Source: Streptomyces sp. (GTDB taxonomy: Bacteria; Actinomycetota; Actinomycetes; Streptomycetales; Streptomycetaceae). Taken from it: a DNA stretch of 64,000 nucleotides. Positions 18,028 to 27,510 of this stretch are shown in pieces. The notes under the pieces were generated by a model. The model saw only the letters and a list, made by a program, of their open reading frames with translations, was not told where the DNA came from and made no database searches. The stretch spans positions 2,606 to 66,605 of the forward strand of contig NZ_DATDBG010000178.1 in NCBI RefSeq assembly GCF_036524955.1, read 5' to 3'. Positions within the stretch are counted from its first letter, which is position 1, and every line of letters begins with the position of its first letter. Both the position numbers and the translations under genes were made by a program.

Positions 18028-20174
18028 CGACCGAGCCGGCGGCGGCCGGGGTCCAGGAGGTGGTTTCTCCCGAGGACAGTCTCCGGCGGTTCGCCGCCAT
18101 CTGGAGCCGGGCGATCTACCCGGTGACCGCCACGTCGATGACCCGTACCGAGTTCGAGGACCACCTGCTGCCGCTGGCCCGCATCCTCAGCGACGCGCTT
18201 CGGGCCCGGCCGTTCGACCCGCGGGCCGCCGTGCAGGTCGGTACGTCGCTGGTCGACGCCCACTGCACCGACCCCGACGCGCTGCCCAGCATCCTCGGCG
18301 TCGTCGACGCCTACCTCCTGCTGTACTGCGGGCCCGACCTGCCGGTGGACGAGGGCCGCGCCCGCTGCGCACGGCTCCAGCACGCGGTGGCCGTCGGCTT
18401 CTCCCAGGCACTGCGCGAACGCACCCTGACCGAGCAGGAGTCCATATCCCGCGCCGCGCTCGCCGCCCAGGCCGACGCCGAACGGGCGCTGGCCGCCAGC
18501 GAGGCCAGGTTCCGCGCGGTCTTCGAGGGCGCCGCCATCGGCATCGGCATCGCCGACATGAGCGGGCAGGTGCTGGAGATCAACGACGCGCTGGCCCGGA
18601 TGTTCGGCAGCGAGGCCCACATCATGCGGCGCAACGTCAGCGAGTGGGTGCACCCCGACAACGCGCCCGGCATCCGCACCCTCAACGCCGAACTCGTCCG
18701 CGGCGAACGCGACGGCTACCACATCGAGAAGGCCTATTCGCGCGCCGACGGCTCCGCCCTATGGGCCAACCTCCGGGTGTCGCTGCTGCGGGACTCCGCC
18801 GGAGAGCCGCAGTACCAGCTCGCGCTCCTGGAGGACATCACCGAGCGCCGCGGACTGCTGCGCAGGCTGCGGCACCAGGCCACCCACGACGCGCTCACCG
18901 GACTGCCCAACCGGGCGATGTTCTTCGAAAGCCTCGACCAGGCACTGGCACCCGGCTCCGCCGATCGGATCGGTGTGTGCTACCTCGACCTGGACGGTTT
19001 CAAGACCATCAACGACAGCCTCGGTCACGCGGTGGGGGACCGGCTGCTGATCGCCGTCGCCGAACGCCTGCGCAACTGCCTCACCTCGCCGCAGCAGCTC
19101 GTCGCCCGGATCGGCGGCGACGAGTTCGTCGCCCTCTACGTCGATCCACCGGGCCTGCGCGAGGTCACCGACCTGGCCGCCCGCATCCTGGACGCGCTGT
19201 CCACCCCCGTCATCCTCGACGGCCGCGAACTGCCCGTCACCGGCAGCATCGGCATCGTGCACGGCCCGGTCGGCGGCCGCGCCGCCGCCGACGTACTGCG
19301 CAGCGCCGACATCACCATGTACCGGGCCAAGGAGCAGGGCGGCAACCGTTACGAGGTCGCCGACCCGGACGCCGACGCCCGCGCGATCACCCGGCACGGC
19401 CTGACCAACCGGCTGCCCGGCGCACTGGAACGCGGCGAGTTCTTCATCGAGTACCAGCCGCTCATCGGCCTGGAGGACGGCGCCGTGCGCGGCGCGGAGG
19501 CCCTGGTGCGCTGGCTGCACCCGGTCCACGGCGTGCTCGGTCCCGACAAGTTCATCCCGTTGGCCGAGAGCACCGGCCAGATCGTGCCGCTCGGCCGCTG
19601 GGTGCTGGAGGAGGCCGCCCGGCAGGCCCGGGGCTGGCAGGGCGACGACGCCGGCCGCGCGCCGCACGTCAACGTCAACCTCTCACCGATGCAGCTCCAC
19701 CACCCCAACCTGGTCGCCGAGGTCGCCCGCGCGCTGGACGAGAGCGGCCTGCCACCGGCCTCGCTCTGCCTGGAGGTCACGGAGAGCGCGCTGATCGGCG
19801 CAGACGAGGACGCGCTCAAACCGCTGCGGCGGATCGCCGACCTCGGCGTCGAGATCGCCCTCGACGACTTCGGTACCGGCTACTCCAACCTCTCCTCGCT
19901 GCGCTGGCTGCCGGTCAGCGTCCTGAAACTGGACCGCTCCTTCACCCACGGGATGCGGCAGCGCACCGCGGACCCGGTCGACGCCAAGATCGTCGAGGGA
20001 ATCGTCTCGCTCGCCCACGGCCTGGGCATGTCCGTCACCGTCGAGGGCGTGGAGACCCGGACCCAGGCCGAACACCTGCGGGCCCTGGGGTGCGACACCG
20101 GCCAGGGCTGGTACTACGCGCGGCCCGGACCGCCGGAGCTGCTGCGCCGGCTGGTCTTAGCCGAAGCCCGCTGA
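18024..20174 (+). CDS. PAS-GGDEF-EAL protein (putative bifunctional diguanylate cyclase/phosphodiesterase) with an N-terminal helical domain
   Basis: RIGGDEFVAL, EALVRW, DDFGTGYSNLS and KLDRSF motifs. PAS segment FEGAAIGIGIADMSGQVLEIN. GTGA overlap with the methyltransferase gene. Confidence 0.9.
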   Translation: MTTEPAAAGVQEVVSPEDSLRRFAAIWSRAIYPVTATSMTRTEFEDHLLPLARILSDALRARPFDPRAAVQVGTSLVDAHCTDPDALPSILGVVDAYLLLYCGPDLPVDEGRARCARLQHAVAVGFSQALRERTLTEQESISRAALAAQADAERALAASEARFRAVFEGAAIGIGIADMSGQVLEINDALARMFGSEAHIMRRNVSEWVHPDNAPGIRTLNAELVRGERDGYHIEKAYSRADGSALWANLRVSLLRDSAGEPQYQLALLEDITERRGLLRRLRHQATHDALTGLPNRAMFFESLDQALAPGSADRIGVCYLDLDGFKTINDSLGHAVGDRLLIAVAERLRNCLTSPQQLVARIGGDEFVALYVDPPGLREVTDLAARILDALSTPVILDGRELPVTGSIGIVHGPVGGRAAADVLRSADITMYRAKEQGGNRYEVADPDADARAITRHGLTNRLPGALERGEFFIEYQPLIGLEDGAVRGAEALVRWLHPVHGVLGPDKFIPLAESTGQIVPLGRWVLEEAARQARGWQGDDAGRAPHVNVNLSPMQLHHPNLVAEVARALDESGLPPASLCLEVTESALIGADEDALKPLRRIADLGVEIALDDFGTGYSNLSSLRWLPVSVLKLDRSFTHGMRQRTADPVDAKIVEGIVSLAHGLGMSVTVEGVETRTQAEHLRALGCDTGQGWYYARPGPPELLRRLVLAEAR

Positions 20175-20487
20175 CGAAGACCACGGGGGGCGACGAGGCC
20201 GGCCTGCCGGGGGCTGCGTGGCACGGGAGGCGGCGCACGGGGTGAGGCCGGAACATGAAGGGGAACCGGTGGCGGCCCGGCGGTGGCCGGAAGAGGCCTG
20301 CCGCGGGCCGGGCGAGCGCTGGTGACGGGTGGCCCCGGAACGGGCATACTCCATCCGCCGGACGTGGCGATCGCTGTCGTGGCGCGACCCGTCGCGAGAG
20401 GGAACGCAGGTCCGGGCATGCCCACGGAGGGTTCCGCCCCACCCCCGGCGGACGCCCCAGCCCCCGAACAGGGAGGAGTGAGCTGCG

Positions 20488-21681
20488 ATGGTGCAGCAAG
20501 CCCCACAGGGTCCGTACGGCCCCCGGCCGGTGGACCGGCAGGTGCCCAGCGAGGAGGCGCGGGACCTGCTCGCGCTCACCCGGGAACTGGTCCGGCGCGA
20601 GATCGCGCCCGCGGCGTCCGGCGAGGAGGACGCCGGGCACTTCCCGCGGGAGATCTTCACGACCCTCGGGCAGGCCGGGCTGCTGGGCCTTCCGTACCCC
20701 GAGGAGTACGGCGGCGGAGACCAGCCGTACGAGGTGTACCTCCAGGTCCTGGAAGAGCTGGCGGCGGCCCGCCTCACCGTGGGGCTCGGGGTGAGCGTCC
20801 ACACGCTGGCCTGCCACGCCGTGGCCCGGTTCGGAACCAAGGTGCAGCGCGCCGACCGCCTCCCCGACATGCTGGGCGGGGGCCTGCTGGGCGCGTACTG
20901 CCTGTCCGAGCCGACCTCGGGCTCGGACGCGGCCGCCCTGCGGACCAGGGCGGTACGGGACGGCGACACGTGGACCCTGACCGGCACGAAGGCGTGGACC
21001 ACCCATGGCGGCATCGCCGACTTCTACACGGTGCTGGCCCGCAGCGGCGGCGAGGGGGCGCACGGCGTCTCCGCGTTCCTCGTGCCGGGCGACGCGCCCG
21101 GGCTGTCGGCCGCCGCGCCCGAGCGGAAGATGGGCATGAAGGGCTCCCCGACCGCGCAGGTGCACCTCGACGGCGTGACCGTGCCGGACAGCTGCCGGAT
21201 CGGCGAGGAGGGCCAGGGCTTCGCCATCGCGCTGTCCGCGCTGGACTCCGGACGGCTGGGCGTCGCGGCCTGCGCGATCGGCGTCGCCCAGGCCGCACTG
21301 GACGCGGCCCTCGGATACGTGCTGGAGCGGCGGCAGTTCAACCGGCCGGTCGCCGACTTCCAGGGCCTGCGCTTCATGCTCGCCGACATGGCGACCGGGA
21401 TCGAGGCGGGCCGCGCCCTGTACCTGTCGGCGGCGCGGCTGCGGGACGCGGGACGGCCGTTCTCCCCGCAGGCCGCCATGGCCAAGCTGTTCTGCTCCGA
21501 CACCGCGATGCGGGTGACCACCGACGCGGTGCAGTTGCTCGGCGGCTACGGCTACACCGCGGACTTCCCGGTGGAGCGGTACATGCGCGAGGCGAAGGTG
21601 CTGCAGATCGTGGAGGGCACCAACCAGATCCAGCGGGTGGTGGTCGCCCGCCACCTCGCGGGGCCGGAGTCGCGGGACTGA
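20488..21681 (+). CDS. Acyl-CoA dehydrogenase
   Basis: YCLSEPTSGSDAAAL, QLLGGYGYTADFPVERYMREAKVLQIVEGTNQIQ. GGGAGGAG ribosome-binding site. Confidence 0.9.
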   Translation: MVQQAPQGPYGPRPVDRQVPSEEARDLLALTRELVRREIAPAASGEEDAGHFPREIFTTLGQAGLLGLPYPEEYGGGDQPYEVYLQVLEELAAARLTVGLGVSVHTLACHAVARFGTKVQRADRLPDMLGGGLLGAYCLSEPTSGSDAAALRTRAVRDGDTWTLTGTKAWTTHGGIADFYTVLARSGGEGAHGVSAFLVPGDAPGLSAAAPERKMGMKGSPTAQVHLDGVTVPDSCRIGEEGQGFAIALSALDSGRLGVAACAIGVAQAALDAALGYVLERRQFNRPVADFQGLRFMLADMATGIEAGRALYLSAARLRDAGRPFSPQAAMAKLFCSDTAMRVTTDAVQLLGGYGYTADFPVERYMREAKVLQIVEGTNQIQRVVVARHLAGPESRD

Positions 21682-21834
21682 GCTCCCGGTCGCGCGGACG
21701 GTCCCGGTCGCGTGCAGGGCCCTGGCCGCGCGGAAGGCCATGCCCCCGGTCCACCGTTCCCCCGTGCCGGTGCCGCGCCACCCGTGGGCGCGGCTTCCGT
21801 CACCGAGGGCCCGGCCGGTACGGCGCGGGCGGGC

Positions 21835-22308
21835 TCAGGCCGCCAGCCGCCGTGCGGGTACCGGCGGCGCGGGCGTCCGCATCGGCCGTGAGCCGGGGCC
21901 GCCCACGTGCGAGAAGGGCTGGGTGCGCCAGTCGAGTCCGGCGGGCAGCGTCAGCAGCACCGCCAGTTCCTGCTCCTGGCCCGGCTCCTGGCCCGGCTCC
22001 TCGCCGGGCAGCGGCCGGGCGTCCGCCAGCGGGCGGCCGGAACCGGAGCAGACGGTCAGACCGAACGGGTTCCACGGGGTGGGGCACAGGGCGTGTTCCG
22101 GGAGACGGTCCTCGTCCGCGAAGACCGCGATCGGCTGCCCGCAGTCCGGGCAGTACAGCCGTACGACGTCACCGAAGTCGTCGTCGAACGCCTCGTCCGT
22201 GTCGTCGGACTCGTCCAGTGGCGCGGAGAGCAGGAACTCGCGTTCGTGCCCCTCCTCGAACGCGGGCTGGGTCCGCTCGCTCCGGCTGTTGCGCACATGG
22301 TTTCGCAT
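21835..22308 (-). CDS. Hypothetical acidic protein with a CxxC...C...C segment
   Basis: Strong RBS (GGGGGAG 8 nt upstream of the ATG). Asp/Glu-rich N-terminal half. YCPDCGQPIAVF...LCPTPW...TVCSGSG. Family not recognised. Confidence 0.55.
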   Translation of the reverse strand: MRNHVRNSRSERTQPAFEEGHEREFLLSAPLDESDDTDEAFDDDFGDVVRLYCPDCGQPIAVFADEDRLPEHALCPTPWNPFGLTVCSGSGRPLADARPLPGEEPGQEPGQEQELAVLLTLPAGLDWRTQPFSHVGGPGSRPMRTPAPPVPARRLAA

Positions 22309-22998
22309 GATGCGACTCCCCCTTGGGTGGGTGCCCTCCGTCGGGCCGGCCCGGCTTCACGCTCGCGGCCATAGCGAGCACTTCCCGCCGCGCTACGCGT
22401 GTAATCCCGCCACCGGAAGCACGCGGACGTGTTCGGTGTGGCCTTCGTCACACACGCGCCATTGCCCCGTGCATGCGCCCCCGATGTGCGCCCACGCACC
22501 CCCATGAGTTCCGTGCGGCGGCTTGCGGCGACGCCTCCTAAGGTGCCATCGGGCGAGGCCAGGCGGGTCCTGCACGCCGTAGCCGCCCTGCACGCGCTCG
22601 CCGCGCCTGCGCGGGACCACCGCCCCGGTACCGCACGTCTGCGAGGTCCGCACCGTCGTCGCCGACCGGCGGTGGATCGGCCCGGCGTACGGCCGCGACA
22701 CCGTGGCACCGCATGTCACCTGGATCAAGGACCCGGCCGCCGTGCTGCCGGTGCTGACCCCGCGTCGAAGCCGCTGCCCCGTTCGCGCCGCGCCCGCACC
22801 GGGGCCGGCTCTTCGGCGCCGCGCCCGAGCGGGTGCGCGCCACCTGTCCCCGGATGGCCGACTCCTCGCCCTGACCGCCGACGCCGACCCGGCCGGCACC
22901 TTCGCCAACGCCTTCCTCCAGCGGCCGCGGCACGGCTGAGCCGCGTCCGCGGGCTGCGGCCTGACGGAAACCTCCCGGGTGCCGGTAAGGTCACCGCT

Positions 22999-23439
22999 GT
23001 GGAGGAGCTGGACCGGCACATCGTGGAACTTCTCGTCGCCGACGGGCGCATGAGCTACACCGACCTGGGCAAGGCCACCGGACTGTCCACGTCGGCGGTG
23101 CACCAGCGGGTGCGCCGCCTGGAGCAGCGCGGGGTGATCCGCGGCTACGCGGCGATCATCGACCCCGAGTCGGTGGGCCTCTCCCTCACCGCGTTCATCT
23201 CCGTCAAACCGTTCGATCCCAGCGCCCCCGACGACATCGCCGACCGGCTCGCCGAGGTCCCCGAGATCGAGGCGTGCCACAGCGTGGCCGGCGACGAGAA
23301 CTACATCCTCAAGGTCCGGGTGGCCACCCCCAGCGAGCTGGAACACCTGCTGGGCCGCATCCGCAGCCTGGCCGGCGTCTCGACCCGCACCACGGTGGTG
23401 CTCTCCACGGCGTACGAGGCCAGGCCGCCGCGCGTCTGA
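22999..23439 (+). CDS. Lrp/AsnC-family transcriptional regulator
   Basis: LDRHIVELLVADGRMSYTDLGKATGLSTSAVHQRVRRLEQRGVI HTH plus a RAM/AsnC_trans_reg domain. Start at GTG 22999. The rest of ORF 22429.. is non-coding-like. Confidence 0.85.
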   Translation: MEELDRHIVELLVADGRMSYTDLGKATGLSTSAVHQRVRRLEQRGVIRGYAAIIDPESVGLSLTAFISVKPFDPSAPDDIADRLAEVPEIEACHSVAGDENYILKVRVATPSELEHLLGRIRSLAGVSTRTTVVLSTAYEARPPRV

Positions 23440-23503
23440 CGGTGCCCACGGGGCGCCGCCCCGTTGCGTTCGACCGCCCCCCGCGCGGGAGAGACTGTTC
23501 CCC

Positions 23504-25159
23504 ATGCAGCACACCTCCGGGGCGCGGCCCCTCGACCCGACCGACCAGGCACCGGCCGGCACCGTCCTGCTCCGTGGCGGCTTCGTCCACAGCCCCGCCG
23601 ATCCCTTCGCGACCGCGATGGTCGTGGACGGCGGCACCGTCGCCTGGGTCGGTTCCGAGGGCGCCGCCGACTCCTTCGCCGACGGTGTCGACACCGTCGT
23701 CCACCTCGACGGCGCCCTGGTCACCCCGGCCTTCACCGACGCGCATGTGCACACCACCGCCACCGGGCTCGCCCTCACCGGCCTGGACCTCACCGGCGTC
23801 GGATCGCTCGCCGAGGCGCTGGCCCGTACCGCCGCGCACGCCGCCGCCCGCCCCGGTGACCGGGTGCTGCTCGGCCACGGCTGGGACGAGACCGGCTGGC
23901 CGGAGCGGCGCCCGCCGTCCCGTACCGAACTGGACCGTGCGACCGGCGGCCGGCCCCTCTACCTGACCCGGACCGACGTGCACTCCGCCGCCGTCAGCAC
24001 CGCCCTGCTCGACCTCGTCCCCGGCATCGCGGACCAGCCCGGACACCACCCGTCGGGGCCGCTCACCCGCGACGCCCACCACGCGGTACGCCGCGCCGCG
24101 TACGACGCCGTCACCCCCGCCCAGCGGGCCGCCGCCCAGCGGGCCGCGCTCCGGCACGCCGCCTCCCACGGCATCGGCGCCGTCCACGAGTGCGGGGGCC
24201 CGGAGATCTCCTCCGAGGACGACCTGACCGCGCTGCTCGCCCTGGACGACCCCGGCCCGCGGGTCTTCGGCTACTGGGCGCAGCCCGCCGACACCTGCGC
24301 CGATCTGGACCGGCTCCGCGACCTCGGCGCGATCGGCGCGGGCGGCGACCTGTTCGTCGACGGCTCCCTCGGCTCGCACACCGCCTGCCTGCACACGCCC
24401 TACGCCGACTCCCCGACCACCGGGACCAGTTACCTCGACGCCGAGACCATCGCCCGCCACCTCACCCTGTGCACCTCGGCCGGCGTCCAGGCGGGCTTCC
24501 ACGCCATCGGCGACGCGGCGGTCGCGGCGGTCGTGGCCGGTGTGAGGGCCGCAGCCGACGCGGTCGGCCTGGACCGGGTACGGGCGCTGCGGCACCGAGT
24601 GGAACACGCCGAGATGATGACCGAGGAGACCATCGCCGCCTTCGCCGAGTTCGGCCTGGTCGCCTCCGTACAGCCCGCGTTCGACGCCGCGTGGGGCGGC
24701 GAGGACGGCATGTACGCGCGCCGCCTCGGCGCCGACCGGGCCCGTACGCTCAACCCGTTCGCCGCCATGACCCGCGCCGGGGTGCCGTTGGTGCTCGGCT
24801 CGGACAGCCCGGTCACCCCGCTCGACCCGTGGGGCGCCGTGCGGGCCGCGGCCTTCCACCGCACCCCGGAGCACCGGATCTCCGCCCGGGCCGCCTTCAA
24901 CGCCCACACCCGCGGCGGCTGGCGGGCGATCGGCCGGGACGACGCCGGGATCCTGGTCCCCGGAGCGCCCGCCGACTACGCGGTCTGGAGCGTCGGCGAC
25001 CTGGTCGTACAGACCCCCGACGAACGCGTCGCGAGGTGGTCCACCGACCCCCGCTCCGGCACACCCGGCCTGCCCGACCTGACCCCGGGCGGCGACCTTC
25101 CCACCGCGCTGCGCACGGTCGTCGCCGGTCGCACGGTGTTCGCACGGCCGATCGGGTGA
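23504..25159 (+). CDS. Amidohydrolase-family metal-dependent hydrolase (Amidohydro_3 / YtcJ-like)
   Basis: PAFTDAHVHT metal site, GFHAIGDAAV, VEHAEMM and LGSDSPVTPLDPW. Confidence 0.8.
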   Translation: MQHTSGARPLDPTDQAPAGTVLLRGGFVHSPADPFATAMVVDGGTVAWVGSEGAADSFADGVDTVVHLDGALVTPAFTDAHVHTTATGLALTGLDLTGVGSLAEALARTAAHAAARPGDRVLLGHGWDETGWPERRPPSRTELDRATGGRPLYLTRTDVHSAAVSTALLDLVPGIADQPGHHPSGPLTRDAHHAVRRAAYDAVTPAQRAAAQRAALRHAASHGIGAVHECGGPEISSEDDLTALLALDDPGPRVFGYWAQPADTCADLDRLRDLGAIGAGGDLFVDGSLGSHTACLHTPYADSPTTGTSYLDAETIARHLTLCTSAGVQAGFHAIGDAAVAAVVAGVRAAADAVGLDRVRALRHRVEHAEMMTEETIAAFAEFGLVASVQPAFDAAWGGEDGMYARRLGADRARTLNPFAAMTRAGVPLVLGSDSPVTPLDPWGAVRAAAFHRTPEHRISARAAFNAHTRGGWRAIGRDDAGILVPGAPADYAVWSVGDLVVQTPDERVARWSTDPRSGTPGLPDLTPGGDLPTALRTVVAGRTVFARPIG

Positions 25160-25779
25160 GGGGCGGATGGCGGATGCCGCCGAACGGTACCCCGTGAGCC
25201 TGTCCCGGTCGGCCCGAGCACGCCGCACTGACCTGCTGATTTGGTGAAACCCCGCAGGTCAAAGGGGTGTTGACAGTTGCTGGTCGAGGACGAGTAGGTT
25301 CGGCAACGTCCACCACAGGACGTCGGACCGGGGGCTCTCCGCGGCTGCGTCGGCCGCGCTGGGCCATGGGGTGTCGCGCCGCACGTGCACGCCGCCACTG
25401 GCAGCCAGGTCCAGCGCCCGAACGCGGAACGCGGCTCGGCAGGGGGCTTCTCCGCCCGTGAGGGAACGGAGGGCGAGGGACGCCCGGTCGGCAGGTGTGA
25501 CCCGGGAAGGGCCCGGACGCCCAGTAGACAACGGCCTTGGCACCGGCCCGCAGCCAGCGGTTCCCCAGGTCGGCCCGAAGGGCTTCCGGGCTCGTTCCCG
25601 CGGCCCGTCCGGGCGGGGTCCGGGCTGGGCCCCGGCCGGACGGCGTCCCCGGGGCGGCCGGTTTCCGGGGCTTGTTCCCGCCCCCGGGCAGGCCGGTTTG
25701 CGTACCCGTGGCCCGGCCCGCGGCCGTCACGAGGTACCGTCGCCTTCGTCACCTCTCCACCTGCAGGAAGGCCGCGACC

Positions 25780-27510
25780 GTGCGCCTGCGCCCCGACACC
25801 GCCCCCGAGGCGCCCCCTGCCGAGCCCGGCGAGGCCGCGGCGACCGCACCCGGGCCGGCAGCCGTGACCGCGCCGGACCCCGAGGTGAACGGACCCGCCG
25901 GACCCGAGCGGCCCGTGCGAGCCTCGCGGCGAGCGAGGTTCGCCGCGACCGTGCGGAAGGCGGCACCCAGGACTGCGGTGGCGGCCCTGTGCGGGCTCGC
26001 CCTGACGCTCGCGTTCCCGCCCTTCGACGTGTGGCCGCTGGCGGTCGTCGCGGTCGCCGCGCTGTCGCTGCTGACGCGTGGCCGTACCGTACGGCAGGGC
26101 GCCTGGCTGGGGTTCGCCTTCGGGCTGCCGTTCTTCGTCTGGCTGCTGGCCTGGCTGCGGGTGGTCGGCTGGGACGCGGTGGTGGGCCTGTCGGCCATCG
26201 AGGCGGCCTTCCTGGCGGGTCTGGGCGCCCTGCTGGTGCTCGGACAGAGGCTGCGGGGGTGGCCGCTGTGGGCGGCCTGCCTGTGGGTCGCCGAGGAACT
26301 CGCCCGCGACCGGCTGCCGTTCGGCGGATTCCCGTGGGGGCGGCTGGCGTTCGCCAACACCGGCTCGCCGTACACCCCGCTCGCCGCGCTCGGCGGCGCG
26401 CCCCTGGTCACCTTCGCCGTGGCGCTCAGCGGCACCCTGCTCGCCGCGGCGGCCCTCGCGGCCGTACGGCTCGTCAGGGCACCGCGTGCCGAACCCCGCA
26501 CCCCGCGTGCCGCGCTGCCCGGCGCCGGCGCCCTGGCGCTGTCCACCGCCGTACTCGGCGCCGGGCTGCTGGTGCCGGTGCCCACCGGCGCGGACGACCA
26601 CGTACGGATCGCCGTCGTGCAGGGCAACGTCCAGCAGCCCGGCATGCACTTCCTCGGCCGCCCGATGATGATCCTCGACAACCACGTCGAGGCCACCCTG
26701 AAGCTCGCCGCGGACATCCGGGCGGGCCGGGTGCCCAGGCCCGACCTGGTGCTCTGGCCGGAGAACTCCTCCGACCTCGATCCGTTCTCGAACCCGGCCG
26801 CGTACCAGCGGATCTCCCGGGCCGTGGCGGCGGTCGGCGTGCCGGTCCTGGTCGGCGCCCTGGTGGACGGGCCCGACGCGGACCACGTACAGAACGAGGG
26901 GATCGTCTGGGACCCGGCGAGCGGCCCTGGCGCGCACTACACCAAGCAGCACCCGGTGCCGTTCGGCGAGTACGTGCCGTTCCGCAGGGAGCTCACCAGG
27001 GTCATTCACCGCCTGGAAGAGATCCCGCGCGACTTCTACCCCGGCAAGGGCACCGGCGTGCTGCAGATCGGCCCGGCCCGGCTCGGCGACGTGATCTGCT
27101 TCGAGGTCGCGTACGACGGCATCGTGCGGGACACGGTGAAGGCGGGCGCGCGGGCCATCGTCGTACAGACCAACAACGCCACGTACGGCCGCACCGGCCA
27201 GCCCGAGCAGCAGCTCGCCATGTCCCGGCTGCGCGCGATCGAACACGGCCGGGCCGTGGTCACCGCCGCGACCAGCGGAATCAGCGCGATCGTCGCCCCG
27301 GATGGGAAGATCGAGCAGCGCACCAAGGAGTTCACCGAACGGGTGCTCAGCGCCGACCTGCCACTGCGCGACAAGATCACCGTGGCCGACCGCGTCGGTG
27401 CGGTTCCGGAGTGGACCCTCGCTATCGTGGGGCTCCTGTCCTGCGCGGTGGCCATCGCGCTCGGCAGGCGCGACCGCGTACGCACGGGGAAAGGGCAAAG
27501 GCACCAGTGA
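25780..27510 (+). CDS. lnt: Apolipoprotein N-acyltransferase-like protein (Lnt / Ppm1 D1-domain equivalent)
   Basis: Multi-TM N-terminal half, then a CN-hydrolase domain (IAVVQGN..., LVLWPENS, ICFEVAY catalytic Cys). Start at GTG 25780 after GCAGGAAGG. Confidence 0.8.
   Translation: MRLRPDTAPEAPPAEPGEAAATAPGPAAVTAPDPEVNGPAGPERPVRASRRARFAATVRKAAPRTAVAALCGLALTLAFPPFDVWPLAVVAVAALSLLTRGRTVRQGAWLGFAFGLPFFVWLLAWLRVVGWDAVVGLSAIEAAFLAGLGALLVLGQRLRGWPLWAACLWVAEELARDRLPFGGFPWGRLAFANTGSPYTPLAALGGAPLVTFAVALSGTLLAAAALAAVRLVRAPRAEPRTPRAALPGAGALALSTAVLGAGLLVPVPTGADDHVRIAVVQGNVQQPGMHFLGRPMMILDNHVEATLKLAADIRAGRVPRPDLVLWPENSSDLDPFSNPAAYQRISRAVAAVGVPVLVGALVDGPDADHVQNEGIVWDPASGPGAHYTKQHPVPFGEYVPFRRELTRVIHRLEEIPRDFYPGKGTGVLQIGPARLGDVICFEVAYDGIVRDTVKAGARAIVVQTNNATYGRTGQPEQQLAMSRLRAIEHGRAVVTAATSGISAIVAPDGKIEQRTKEFTERVLSADLPLRDKITVADRVGAVPEWTLAIVGLLSCAVAIALGRRDRVRTGKGQRHQ

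Noticed and set aside
25380-25420. GCCACTG (B12-box-like heptamer) suggesting a cobalamin riboswitch before lnt.
   Set aside because: The surrounding conserved cobalamin-riboswitch elements (GGGAA..CCGGTG..AA.CCGG...CCCGC) are absent or in the wrong order.
25371-27506. The 965-aa ORF 25371..28268 taken as a single gene.
   Set aside because: Only the last 253 codons (from GTG 27507) show GT2/Ppm motifs. The upstream part is an off-frame read of lnt.
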